From assembly GCA_013203045.1 (NCBI GenBank), contig JABMQN010000004.1, forward strand, positions 1 through 58,918: 58,918 bases of DNA. Direction: 5' to 3'. The position numbers were made by a program, and so were the translations under genes. Position 1 is the first letter of the stretch, and every line of letters starts with the position of its first letter. The notes beneath the pieces were generated by a model, which saw only the letters and a program-made list of their open reading frames with translations, was not told where the DNA came from and searched no databases. This stretch comes from Chloroflexota bacterium (GTDB taxonomy: Bacteria; Chloroflexota; Dehalococcoidia; SZUA-161; SpSt-899). This document shows, in pieces, positions 1-9,462 of the stretch.

Positions 1-128
1 GCGTTGTTACAGATCTCGCAGTGCACCCAGAGAATCCAGGTCAACAATCGCTGTCCCTGTATAGGAATAGATGTGACGACAAGACAGAGGGATAGCAACA
101 TCCCCAATATTACTGATTTGATCTTCAC
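1..128 (-). CDS. Possible 5' end of a secreted protein running off the window
   Basis: GTG at 128 preceded by AGGGGG. Open frame to the window edge reads MKIKSVILGMLLSLCLVVTSIPIQGQ..., which is signal-peptide-like. Confidence 0.35.
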   Translation of the reverse strand, partial: MKIKSVILGMLLSLCLVVTSIPIQGQRLLTWILWVHCEICNN

Positions 129-225
129 AATGGTCCCCCTTAATTGTTTGATAAAAATCCCAGCAGCAGCGCCATATCGAAGTATCTCTATTCCAATAAT
201 GCGTATAGTATGAGTTCAGGTGATA

Positions 226-1593
226 CTATTCCTGAGTGTATTTAACTGTCAATATATCGTACCAGGGCTCATCATGTTGGGTCATATCGTGGTGTCCCCC
301 AGTACCAGTGACGAATACACTGCCACGCTTATCGAGGGCTATCCCAGAAACACCACTGTACTCAAAATGTCTATCCCTGAGTTCAGCAGCCCATATTTGG
401 TTTCCGTCCCCATCATATTTCTTAGTTAAATAGCCACCATAAATAGCAGTAGCAATATAGAGATCACCTGAATCATCAACAATTATGTATCCTGCTTCCG
501 AAACTGTCCACAGTCGATTTCCATTGGTATCATATTTTATCGTTACAGAGCTTGGCCGTTCGTCTGTGGCATCAGACATCTTGAGTGGTCCGCTAACATA
601 CAAATTGCCCGATCTATCTAAAGCTATCTCCCGAAACGGAAAGGATACACTCTCCCAACGGTCAAAGTGATCTGACCACAGTTGATTGCCCAAAGAATCG
701 TATTTCGAAGTTCCACGCTTACCAGCAATATAGATGTTATCAAGTTCATCAACGATGATCGACTCACCGGAGTTCTGGCAATCGCCCGGAGTGGCACAGT
801 CAAGAGTCCAAATCTCGATACCGTTGTTATCGTACTTCACCGTTCCACTGGGACCTGTGACATAGATGTTCCCTGATCTGTCTATTGTGAGCGCTAAGGC
901 GCCAACATGGTCTTCTCCCAGTGTTTCGTAATGTGCGGTCCATAGTAGCTGGCCCTCGCTGTCATACTTAAGTGTGGTATAGTCAAATCCTTGTGCGGTA
1001 CTGCTCCCAGCCATGCTTTCCCCAGTGATATAAACATTGTCATGACTATCCAAAGTTATGTCGCTACTCAAACTGTAGTCCGGGACAGAACGTTGATATT
1101 GCTCTGTCCATAGCGCGTTGCCTTCAGAATTGTACTTTATAGTGGTGTATACTAGACTATCGTCTTCTGCATCACTGGTCCCTAACGTGACGTAGATGTC
1201 ACTATGTTGATCCAAGGCAATGGCTCCATCAGAGAAGTGCTCAATCCATAGAGGCGTTCCGTCTGATTCATGCTGGGCAATCCATACTTTCTGTCCTGTG
1301 CTGTCATACTTGATCGTAATAGGATCTTGGTTTGCAATCCCTAAAATATAACTGTTCCCTAATGCGTCTATCGCTATATCTCTAGCTTCATCCCATTCAG
1401 TGTTGGGATGATTATAGCGAACAACCCAGACTTCTTCCACGGGCCCTACAAGGCTGCTAACATGATCCGTCACATAACCGGATGGCCGTTCATCTTCACT
1501 CTCATCTCCACCAGAATCACAGCCCGAACTTATCATGCTAAAAATCATTACCAATAACATAACCGCGATTGAGTACACCATTTTTTTGAACAT
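226..1593 (-). CDS. Beta-propeller (SBBP-repeat type) lipoprotein
   Basis: Signal peptide with lipobox-like ISSG-C. About 7-8 repeats of (I/L)ALD..GN.Y(V/I)TG...T.KYD..G..(L/I)W. RBS GGAG. Confidence 0.8.
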   Translation of the reverse strand: MFKKMVYSIAVMLLVMIFSMISSGCDSGGDESEDERPSGYVTDHVSSLVGPVEEVWVVRYNHPNTEWDEARDIAIDALGNSYILGIANQDPITIKYDSTGQKVWIAQHESDGTPLWIEHFSDGAIALDQHSDIYVTLGTSDAEDDSLVYTTIKYNSEGNALWTEQYQRSVPDYSLSSDITLDSHDNVYITGESMAGSSTAQGFDYTTLKYDSEGQLLWTAHYETLGEDHVGALALTIDRSGNIYVTGPSGTVKYDNNGIEIWTLDCATPGDCQNSGESIIVDELDNIYIAGKRGTSKYDSLGNQLWSDHFDRWESVSFPFREIALDRSGNLYVSGPLKMSDATDERPSSVTIKYDTNGNRLWTVSEAGYIIVDDSGDLYIATAIYGGYLTKKYDGDGNQIWAAELRDRHFEYSGVSGIALDKRGSVFVTGTGGHHDMTQHDEPWYDILTVKYTQE

Positions 1594-1855
1594 ATCACTC
1601 CTCCTTCATCGGAAGCATCACTCAAGGTTTTGCTTCCAAACGTTGCGGCCATAATATCACAGAGCAATTAGTCACAACAACTCGCCAACACATCAGGTCA
1701 GGGTAGTTAAAACCGCGATTGGGGTATTGTAATTTCTTCATAATAAACTGCAATGTAGGTGTTGAATTACGTTTGGGAATCAGGGCTTGTTTTTTGTTTA
1801 TACTTTGTTTACCTTGCACAATGTTAAGATGATAACATGTTCCTTGTGGTTTGTC

Positions 1856-1874
1856 TGTCACGGAAACCGTGACA
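1856..1874. promoter_or_regulatory. Perfect inverted repeat, possible operator
   Basis: TGTCACGG-AAA-CCGTGACA in the intergenic region upstream of the propeller gene. Confidence 0.4.
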
Positions 1875-2161
1875 CAATGTAGACAAAATGATGATACTGG
1901 TATAATTATGATAGTCCAGCAGAGTGGTTCACCCCATTGCTTTAGATGAGGGGAGTGATGTAGTGTGAGTAATAAATAATGTGTGACTTGCCTGTGATGT
2001 GCAATGAATTACGCTAATGTCTTTGCAGTGATCCTCAAAACCATATTCCCAAGGAGTGGAGGATTAACGGTAAAATATCGTAACCAAGGCTGGGGATTCC
2101 CTTTTGGGGAACGATGATCCTTGGGGTTTTACAAAAGAGAAGGCCGGCGTAAAGGGTCTAA

Positions 2162-2761
2162 CTAAATAACCCCTTTGGTGCTGGGAATACTCCCGACGAT
2201 CCGCTCATCTATCCTGGTTGCATCGTCCAATGCGCGCGCCAGCGCCTTGAATAGTGCCTCCGCTTTGTGATGGTCATTGTCCCCGGCTAATAACCTGACA
2301 TGCAAATTCAATCGACCTTCGATGGCAAAAGACTCAAAAACATGTTTAATCAAGTCCGTGGGGAGTTCGTTGATATATTCCTTATCAAAAGAAGCTTCCA
2401 CCTTGGCATAACCCCTGCCTGAAAGATCCACCGCTACCATCGCCAGGGCTTCGTCCATGGGTACAACGGCATGTCCCATTCTCACAATACCTTTGCGTTC
2501 GCCCAATGCCTCTGCAAAGGCTTGCCCCAGGACCATTCCCACATCTTCAACAGTATGATGCTCATCAATATGCAGGTCACCTTGAGCCTGAACCTTCAAA
2601 TCAAATCGACCGTGCTTGCCCAACTGCTCCAGCATATGATCAAACATCCCCACACCGGTTCTAATATCACAAACACCGGTCCCATCGATGTTTAATTCCA
2701 GTGTTATCTTTGTTTCTTTGGTTTCTCGATTGATATTTGCAATTCTTCCAGACTGCTCCAT
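2162..2761 (-). CDS. hisB: Imidazoleglycerol-phosphate dehydratase
   Basis: [20 protein letters not shown] and [12 protein letters not shown] motifs. Start moved to ATG 2761 (GGAGG RBS). Confidence 0.96.
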   Translation of the reverse strand: MEQSGRIANINRETKETKITLELNIDGTGVCDIRTGVGMFDHMLEQLGKHGRFDLKVQAQGDLHIDEHHTVEDVGMVLGQAFAEALGERKGIVRMGHAVVPMDEALAMVAVDLSGRGYAKVEASFDKEYINELPTDLIKHVFESFAIEGRLNLHVRLLAGDNDHHKAEALFKALARALDDATRIDERIVGSIPSTKGVI

Positions 2762-2896
2762 ATTCAGTCCTCCTTGTCCGGCACCAAATATGCCTAAGTA
2801 TAACGAAATATGAAATGAATGGCCATACCTACCCAACCCTTCCTCTAGCTTACGATTTTCGGTATACTATGGAGAAACCTAATCTGGTATCAGAGA

Positions 2897-4072
2897 ATGT
2901 CTTTATACTGGTTCAAACAACGGGAAAACATCCTCGCACTTGGTATCGCTCTGATTGTCCTAGTGCTGCACCTCATCATCATCGAGCAGGTCAACGATCT
3001 CATGTTCGATGAAAACCATTACGTCCCGGAAGCTAAATCGATTATCGATCGAGAGGAATTGGACAACCTTGAACACCCGCCTCTCGGCAAAATATTCATT
3101 GCGATTGGTATTGATATTTTCGGAGATAATCCCTTCGGCTGGCGAATCTTCTCCGTCCTTTTTGGAGTTGCTTCTATCGTCCTGTTCTACCTGATCTGCC
3201 AGAAATTGACTTCCAACAAATACATACCTCTCATAGCTACATTCATTTTCGCTTTCGAGAACCAGAGCTTCGTTCAGTCCAGTATGGCTATGCTGGATGT
3301 CTATAGCCTGACATTCATGTTGGCATCGTTTTGGCTATATCTGCGAGGGAATTATGCGCTCTCTGGAATTGCATTAGCATTAGCCACATTAGCCAAGCTC
3401 TCAGGTGTGTTTGGAGGATTCATCATTGTAGGGCACTTGTTGCTTACCAGACGAGACAAATTACGGGATTCACTGGGATTCATGATTGCTGCCCCCCTGG
3501 CATTTTTCGTATTGATGCCTCTATTGGATTATGTAGCGATGGCAGAATGGGTATTTCCATGGGACAGAATTGAGTTCATGCGGGACAATCTCTCGACACT
3601 GACCTTCTCTGATACCGACCATGAAGCGCTCAGCCGTCCCTGGGAATGGATTACATCTACCAAAACTCAGTGGTTCTGGTATGATCCTACGTATCAATCC
3701 AATCCTAACTGGAATTTGTGGGTATTCATCATACCAGCGATATGCTACGCGTTATATGGTGCAATAAAACGTAATTCGCTTTGTATATTCACCTTTTTGT
3801 GGTTCGCCAGCACCTACCTAAGCTGGATAGCTATGTACTTCATCAACGACCGGGTCATGTTCAGATTCTATCTCTACCCCAGTGTTGGTGCTATCTGTCT
3901 GGTAGTTGGATTTGTGTTATACAAGATATGGGTAGTATATTCCCAAAGAGAAAATGCAATGGTAAAGTGGGCACTGCGAGTGCCAGTTATATCATTCCTC
4001 ATAACACACCTTGTCCTGTTCATCCTGATGTCACCTTATTGTGATCTTCGTGTTGGTTCTTGTTGCCCCTGA
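2897..4072 (+). CDS. GT-C / family 39 (PMT-like) lipid-carrier-dependent glycosyltransferase
   Basis: FDENHY, EHPPLGK, PFGWR, MLDVY and SRPWEW motifs. Multiple transmembrane helices. Confidence 0.85.
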   Translation: MSLYWFKQRENILALGIALIVLVLHLIIIEQVNDLMFDENHYVPEAKSIIDREELDNLEHPPLGKIFIAIGIDIFGDNPFGWRIFSVLFGVASIVLFYLICQKLTSNKYIPLIATFIFAFENQSFVQSSMAMLDVYSLTFMLASFWLYLRGNYALSGIALALATLAKLSGVFGGFIIVGHLLLTRRDKLRDSLGFMIAAPLAFFVLMPLLDYVAMAEWVFPWDRIEFMRDNLSTLTFSDTDHEALSRPWEWITSTKTQWFWYDPTYQSNPNWNLWVFIIPAICYALYGAIKRNSLCIFTFLWFASTYLSWIAMYFINDRVMFRFYLYPSVGAICLVVGFVLYKIWVVYSQRENAMVKWALRVPVISFLITHLVLFILMSPYCDLRVGSCCP

Positions 4073-4078
4073 GCACGA

Positions 4079-4750
4079 TTATCCAACAAACACCTCGATT
4101 TTAGCCTTTCCATCAAGCTGGCCAAGTTCGCTGGTAAAGGCCGCCCAGTTAAGTCCCCTGGTCTTCCGGTATTGGTAATGGAGGCTCACCCGGTCGTCCA
4201 GAACGGACATCGTTTGCAGTTTGAGGCCACGCAACCGTTCATTAAGTAAAGAGGTCAGTTTAGGTTCCAATGCTTCAAACGAAGGCTGGTCTACTGAGAC
4301 CATCAAGTTACCACGCCCAAATAAGGTGAACTGCCTGCGGGTCAACCACTGTACAGTCAGGGATATGAATATAATGATGAACAGGATGATCGCCAGTAAA
4401 TAATTATCTGTAGCTGCCAGCACGGATGTCGCAATCAATAAAAGGAGAAACCCTATTTCCGCCGGATCTTTTACCGGTGTCCGGAAACGAACGAATGAGA
4501 GCGCACCCAGCAATCCCAGAGAAAGCGGAATAGAAGTTTGAATGGCCAGGAAAAGGGCCGTTATTGAGGGACCCCCAAGAATGAACGTCCGATGTACACC
4601 GGCTCCAATGTGCCGCGAACCATAGAATAATTGATAGGTAAAATAAATAACTATTGATGCAATTAACGAAAAGCCAACTGCTACAATAGCTTCATCCCAA
4701 AACACCGGAGATTCCAGATTTTCAATATGATCTACTAATTCGTCCCACAC
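4079..4750 (-). CDS. DUF4956-type membrane protein
   Basis: LSLGLLGALSFVRFRTPVKDP signature, 4-5 TM helices plus a C-terminal soluble domain. Directly downstream of the VTC gene. Confidence 0.85.
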   Translation of the reverse strand: MWDELVDHIENLESPVFWDEAIVAVGFSLIASIVIYFTYQLFYGSRHIGAGVHRTFILGGPSITALFLAIQTSIPLSLGLLGALSFVRFRTPVKDPAEIGFLLLLIATSVLAATDNYLLAIILFIIIFISLTVQWLTRRQFTLFGRGNLMVSVDQPSFEALEPKLTSLLNERLRGLKLQTMSVLDDRVSLHYQYRKTRGLNWAAFTSELGQLDGKAKIEVFVG

Positions 4751-4769
4751 AGGTAATCCTCCTTTTTAC

Positions 4770-5561
4770 TTACACATCGCCCACTCTTCCGGAAGGCCAC
4801 AAACGCGCCATAGCCCCCGGGTCTTCCAGATGAGAATCAATGCAATGACTGTATTTCGAGAATCTACTCCAGTCTGTATCGAGTAGTTTCATACGTCTCA
4901 ATGTAGTCGGCAAGTCCATGGTAGGCCCCTTCACCTCAATCACCGCTCCGCGCAACTGGAGTTCTCTTTCCCCATTGCCAAAACCCCGGGCCACAAACGT
5001 AGACCGGATATCATAATCGAGGGAAACTCGAATACCACTGAATATCTCTGTAAACCGATAGCGCGAGTATGAAACAGTTATGATTGGCCGAAGTGGTAGC
5101 TCTGTAAAATGTCCAAATCCTGCAACTGTATCGACGAGTACCTTTCTATCAATTATTCCCTCTCCCACACGATTCTGTTGGAGCGCTTCTGATGCCACTT
5201 GGAATTTCTCCCGCTTTTTACTACTGGCGAAACCACGCCTGGACTTAAGTTCTAAGAAAACCGGTACCGTCTCTGACAGATTTTCTTTTTCGCCATACCA
5301 ACGAATGCGAACTTTGTCTTTGTTATACTCGCCCGCTGCTGATCTTTCGTGCTGATCAAGATCAGGAGTATCGAAATATAGACTGTTGATCCGTCCATGC
5401 GGATACTCTCTATCCGGTCGGCAAAATTGCCGAAGCAGTGCGTAAGCAAGATCAATTCTTTGAGGAATTATATAGAATTTGCGCTCGAATCTTTGCCTGA
5501 ACTGGCCACCCACAGGAGTTGGTTCAGATGTCAATTCGGCATTCGCTAATTGTGATTGCAT
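4770..5561 (-). CDS. VTC-domain (polyphosphate polymerase / CYTH-fold) protein
   Basis: RFERKF, INSLYFDTP, KVRIRWY, LELKSR, RVSLD, VIEVK and FSKY motifs. Confidence 0.88.
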   Translation of the reverse strand: MQSQLANAELTSEPTPVGGQFRQRFERKFYIIPQRIDLAYALLRQFCRPDREYPHGRINSLYFDTPDLDQHERSAAGEYNKDKVRIRWYGEKENLSETVPVFLELKSRRGFASSKKREKFQVASEALQQNRVGEGIIDRKVLVDTVAGFGHFTELPLRPIITVSYSRYRFTEIFSGIRVSLDYDIRSTFVARGFGNGERELQLRGAVIEVKGPTMDLPTTLRRMKLLDTDWSRFSKYSHCIDSHLEDPGAMARLWPSGRVGDV

Positions 5562-5581
5562 ATCCTTCCCAATATATTAAC

Positions 5582-7489
5582 TCATAAAGGTGGTAGAGGG
5601 CCACCCGGAAAATCTCCCATAACGGGCATCCTCATGTCCCCACTACCGCTGCCACTTCCGTCGCCATAGCTTGGCCGCTTACCTTCAAGCTGTTCTTTTA
5701 TCGATTTTGTCCGTTCAACTACAAAGGTCCTCAGACCAATAAACGTCGAACCGGTTGTTGGCACAGCCACGCTTGGTCCTCGCCTGAGGAAAACATCCAT
5801 TTCCTCCCGGCTCAAACAAGATTTCAGCTTCTCAAGCTCTTCGATACTGGGCCGCCGAGTACGCAATTCGTCAAGTACTTCCTTTTCGAATTTACTCTTA
5901 AGACAAGTCAGACTTTCCTCTGAGAGTTGAGGCAAAGGTGTCTGGCCTCCTGGTGGAGGTGGGAATCCTCCCGGTGGTACGAATCCTTCTGGCGAAAATT
6001 CACCCGGCGGTAATCCGCCAGGTGGTGGTCCTTCAGGTAGCATACCCATCGGTGGGGCTCCCCCTTGACCCGATCGCTCCACATCTTGACTAAGACCACG
6101 CTCGAAGTCCTCGTTTGAAAAGAATTTGAGTTCATCTGCATAAACATAGGAATTAATCAAATCAGCGGTTTCATTGATTCGAGAAGTCATCTTTTCAATA
6201 CTGAAAGGCCCATCCAGAAATTCGTCAAGATACTCATAGTACTTCTCTAAATAAGGTTCATAAGTCAGTAAACGTTCAACGAGAGGACGTTCAGCCACAG
6301 GACCGATGGTCGGCTCATCGATATAGCAATTGATAATATCATCGCGGCTCATACCCATGCTGAACGCACCGAATGATCCATTGAGGTCCCAGGGAATGAT
6401 AGTGAATTTGCCGTCAACTTCATAGAGATAGTAGTTGTGCCCGACTCCAAGATAGCTATCGAAATATCCGATCGTTCCCGCCACTGCAACAAATCGAAGA
6501 GCGCTATCAACATCCAGCACCTTTTCGATCTCTTCAGGGAATGTCTCATCCGGCTCATTGTTGAGAACCTCAAGGAAATTTAGCAAGGCCGTATGATCCG
6601 GAAACTCTTCATTTGTTTTGAGCCCCATTTTTTCGATAAAATCCATTGGCTCGCTTTCAGGTGCGTTTGCGCGTCGATTGTCAGTTCCATCTTCTACGTC
6701 TTCTTCCTGCTCTTCCAATGCATTCATAATGTCCACAAGTTTGGCTCCACCCATGTTGATCTGCAGAGCAATTTCTTCATCTTCAGGCGCCGCAATTCCC
6801 AGTTCATCACGCAATTCTTCGAGGTCTTCTTCAGTCCAACTGAGGTAACCAGCAGGGGGTTCCGGTTTGTATAAGTTTCCGCCAACATCGGAGAAGTATC
6901 TATTCAAAAACGTCTTATCCACTTGTTCAACCTGGGTATACAGCCCCATATGCGTATCATTTATCCAGAGGTCAACGAAAGAAGTTTTGGGTGTGGGAAG
7001 GCCCATCAGGTCAAACAACTCATATGAGATGTGTTCGCGGATAAATGTAGGATCATTGAATCCGTTATTGAAATTGAGCTTCTTCAGACCACGAAATGTT
7101 CGGGCCGAATTGAAGAAATTGAAGTCGACTTTGAGGCTGAGTCGAGTGCTTCCCTGCCGAACGACTGAATTGAGCGAAGAGTTACCCTTTGGCCTGACAG
7201 CAACATCCGGAACAAGCTCACCATCGAACCAGAAATCTGCCTGGACATACTCTTCTTCCAACGCATCGAGTTGAAGCGTTTCCCAATCATCATCGCTCAT
7301 CACGATGCGGACTTCCGCCACACGATCGGTGACAAATGGCTCTGGACCATCGCCAGCACTCTCTCCAGAGGCTATTCCGACATATCCCATTAATCCCAGG
7401 CATAGGACTAGTAACGCAACGATCCCTGTTGCTGCTACCCTGTTCTCCCTCCAAATTTCATCGTTACCCATTTTAGTTGATCTGGACAA
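5582..7489 (-). CDS. CotH kinase family protein (membrane-anchored, Pro/Gly-rich insert)
   Basis: VRPKGNSS, SLKVDFN, KLNFNN, GLYTQVEQVD, GNLYK, HNYYLY and IPWDLN motifs. N-terminal TM helix. Start uncertain (7489 or 7471). Confidence 0.9.
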   Translation of the reverse strand: MSRSTKMGNDEIWRENRVAATGIVALLVLCLGLMGYVGIASGESAGDGPEPFVTDRVAEVRIVMSDDDWETLQLDALEEEYVQADFWFDGELVPDVAVRPKGNSSLNSVVRQGSTRLSLKVDFNFFNSARTFRGLKKLNFNNGFNDPTFIREHISYELFDLMGLPTPKTSFVDLWINDTHMGLYTQVEQVDKTFLNRYFSDVGGNLYKPEPPAGYLSWTEEDLEELRDELGIAAPEDEEIALQINMGGAKLVDIMNALEEQEEDVEDGTDNRRANAPESEPMDFIEKMGLKTNEEFPDHTALLNFLEVLNNEPDETFPEEIEKVLDVDSALRFVAVAGTIGYFDSYLGVGHNYYLYEVDGKFTIIPWDLNGSFGAFSMGMSRDDIINCYIDEPTIGPVAERPLVERLLTYEPYLEKYYEYLDEFLDGPFSIEKMTSRINETADLINSYVYADELKFFSNEDFERGLSQDVERSGQGGAPPMGMLPEGPPPGGLPPGEFSPEGFVPPGGFPPPPGGQTPLPQLSEESLTCLKSKFEKEVLDELRTRRPSIEELEKLKSCLSREEMDVFLRRGPSVAVPTTGSTFIGLRTFVVERTKSIKEQLEGKRPSYGDGSGSGSGDMRMPVMGDFPGGPLPPL

Positions 7490-7574
7490 CTATGCCCTGT
7501 CATTGCGAGAAGCAGATACCGCCGCCGCCGATATGCGCCAGGGCAGAAACTCTTTTCATGCCATTCCGGACTTG

Positions 7575-7738
7575 CAGACTGTGTCATAATGTCCTCAAAA
7601 GAGATCCGTTCGTACTGAGCCTGTCGAAGTATGAACGCACTGATCGGCAGGAACCCTTCGATAAACTCAGGGAGAACGGTAATCCCCGGTAATTACAATG
7701 GTAGAATTACTCAGTTTCGTTGATTGTGACACAGTCTG
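7575..7738. mobile_element. 164-bp non-autonomous MITE
   Basis: 16-bp terminal inverted repeats CAGACTGTGTCATAAT / ATTGTGACACAGTCTG with 1 mismatch. No transposase ORF. Flanks are TTG/TCG. Confidence 0.75.
7606..7679. repeat. REP-like hairpin (CCGTTC..CTGAGCCTGTCGAAG / CTTCGATAAACTCAG..GAACGG)
   Basis: Imperfect inverted repeat inside the MITE, resembling a widespread bacterial REP-like family. Confidence 0.75.
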
Positions 7739-7922
7739 TCGATCCGGAATCCATTACCCAGCCACCCCACTGGATTCTGATTTTCATCAAGAATGACATA
7801 TCGGGGTTTTATTTCCCATTTGTTCGGTGATAATACTCATTTCAGGTGTAAGTTTCTGAGTAGTCCTTCCGGTACTAACTCATATTAGACTAAAAAGATG
7901 AACGCCAGATGAACCGGTTGAG

Positions 7923-9416
7923 TCAAGCTTTATCCGGATCACCCCCATTTCCGCTTCCATCACCGGAACTGGGCAATTCACCATCAAGTTGCATTCTTAC
8001 TGATTCACCACGTTCAGCCACAAATGACTTGAGTCCAAAATATCTTCCTTGTCTTTCGGATAGATTGTATTCAAAATCCTCGGTTGGGTAGAATTTAAGC
8101 TCATCTGCTTCAACGTAAGGACGGATCATATCCGCAATCTCATCAATTCGAGATTCCATTGTCTCGACGGAGAACGGACCCGCTAACAACTCTTCAAGGT
8201 ATCCATGATATGCATCTAAATACGGCTGATATGACAGGAGTCGATAAACGAGCGGGCGTTCAACCACTGGACCACACGTGGGTTCATCGATAAAGAAATT
8301 GATGATTTCCTCACGTGGTATATTACATTTGTACGTGCCGAACGACTCGTTCAGGTCCCATGGAATAATGACGAACCTACCGTTAATTTCATAGAGATAG
8401 TAGTTGAGCCCCCTTCCAAGATAGCTATCCAGATTCACAAGAATCGTCTGCACAGCCAGAAACCGGAGAGCTTCATCAACATCTAATACCTTCTCAATCT
8501 CCTCCGGGAAGGTTTCATCCGGTTCGTTGTTGAGAACATCCAGAAATCGCATGAGTGCCGAGTGATTGGGTCGGTTTTCGTTGGTTTTTAACTTCATGTA
8601 ATCGAGATATTCATATTGGTGTTTTTCCGGCTCATCTTCGATCTCAGTAGCATCATACTGTTGTTCCGTTCCCAGAGCTTGCTCAATCTGGCTCAGGTCA
8701 CCACCACCAAGATTTACCTCATAAGCATCAGGGGAAACTGTTGGAGAACCCGTCGCCATTTCAGATCTCTGCTTTTCCAGAGCCTCTTCATCCCAATTTA
8801 AATATGAACCGGGGGGAATCGGCTTGTACAGATTTCCATCTGCGCGACCAAAATGCTGTGTGAGGAAAGTCCTGTCAACGTGATCTACCTGCGTATATAG
8901 ACCCATATGCGTATCATTCACCCAAAGATTAACAAACGACGTGCGAGGAGCAGTAACTCCCATTTCCCGGAAAAGCTCATAGGCGAGACTTTCACGTATA
9001 AGTGTTGGATCACGAAAACCATTGTGAAAATTCAATTTTTTTAGGCCACGAAATTGGCGCGCATCGTTTAGTAGATTGAAATCAACTTTGAGGCTCAATC
9101 TAATACTCCCATCCTCAATTACATACTTTAGCGACGAACTCCCTTTTGCCCGTACAGCCACGTCAGGTACCAGTTCGCTATCGAACCAGAAATCTATCTG
9201 ATAATATTGCTCTTTTTCTGCTCTCGACTGAAGGTTCTTCCACAACTCCGGTTTCATATAAAAATAGACATCAACCACACGATCAGTGACGAACGCGTCT
9301 CCGTCCCTGGAAGGGACCTGCATTGATGTCCTTTCCTGGCATCCCGTCACTCCAATACCTGCCAGTACTATCATCAATAGCAGGCTCGTCAGGACTATAT
9401 TGATTGCTTTACTCAT
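7923..9416 (-). CDS. CotH kinase family lipoprotein
   Basis: Lipobox-like GVTG-C. VRAKGSSS, KLNFHN, GNLYK, NYYLY and IPWDLN motifs. Clear paralog of 5582-7489. Confidence 0.9.
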   Translation of the reverse strand: MSKAINIVLTSLLLMIVLAGIGVTGCQERTSMQVPSRDGDAFVTDRVVDVYFYMKPELWKNLQSRAEKEQYYQIDFWFDSELVPDVAVRAKGSSSLKYVIEDGSIRLSLKVDFNLLNDARQFRGLKKLNFHNGFRDPTLIRESLAYELFREMGVTAPRTSFVNLWVNDTHMGLYTQVDHVDRTFLTQHFGRADGNLYKPIPPGSYLNWDEEALEKQRSEMATGSPTVSPDAYEVNLGGGDLSQIEQALGTEQQYDATEIEDEPEKHQYEYLDYMKLKTNENRPNHSALMRFLDVLNNEPDETFPEEIEKVLDVDEALRFLAVQTILVNLDSYLGRGLNYYLYEINGRFVIIPWDLNESFGTYKCNIPREEIINFFIDEPTCGPVVERPLVYRLLSYQPYLDAYHGYLEELLAGPFSVETMESRIDEIADMIRPYVEADELKFYPTEDFEYNLSERQGRYFGLKSFVAERGESVRMQLDGELPSSGDGSGNGGDPDKA

Positions 9417-9462
9417 TTGCTTAACAAATGGCTTCGAGAGCAGATGCCCTCGATCTCCTTAT

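Larger units (their letters stand above)
7559..7798. repeat. REP-like palindromic element (GTCATTCCGGAC..GATCCGGAATCC type) interrupted by an insertion
   Basis: tgccattccggac...gatccggaatcca...tggattc...gaatgaca arms flank the MITE. Confidence 0.65.

Noticed and set aside
1622-1861. 79 aa minus-strand ORF
   Set aside because: AT-rich promoter-like DNA with no RBS or motif.
7305-7692. Plus-strand ORFs of 94 and 71 aa
   Set aside because: They are read-throughs of antisense cotH and REP/MITE sequence.
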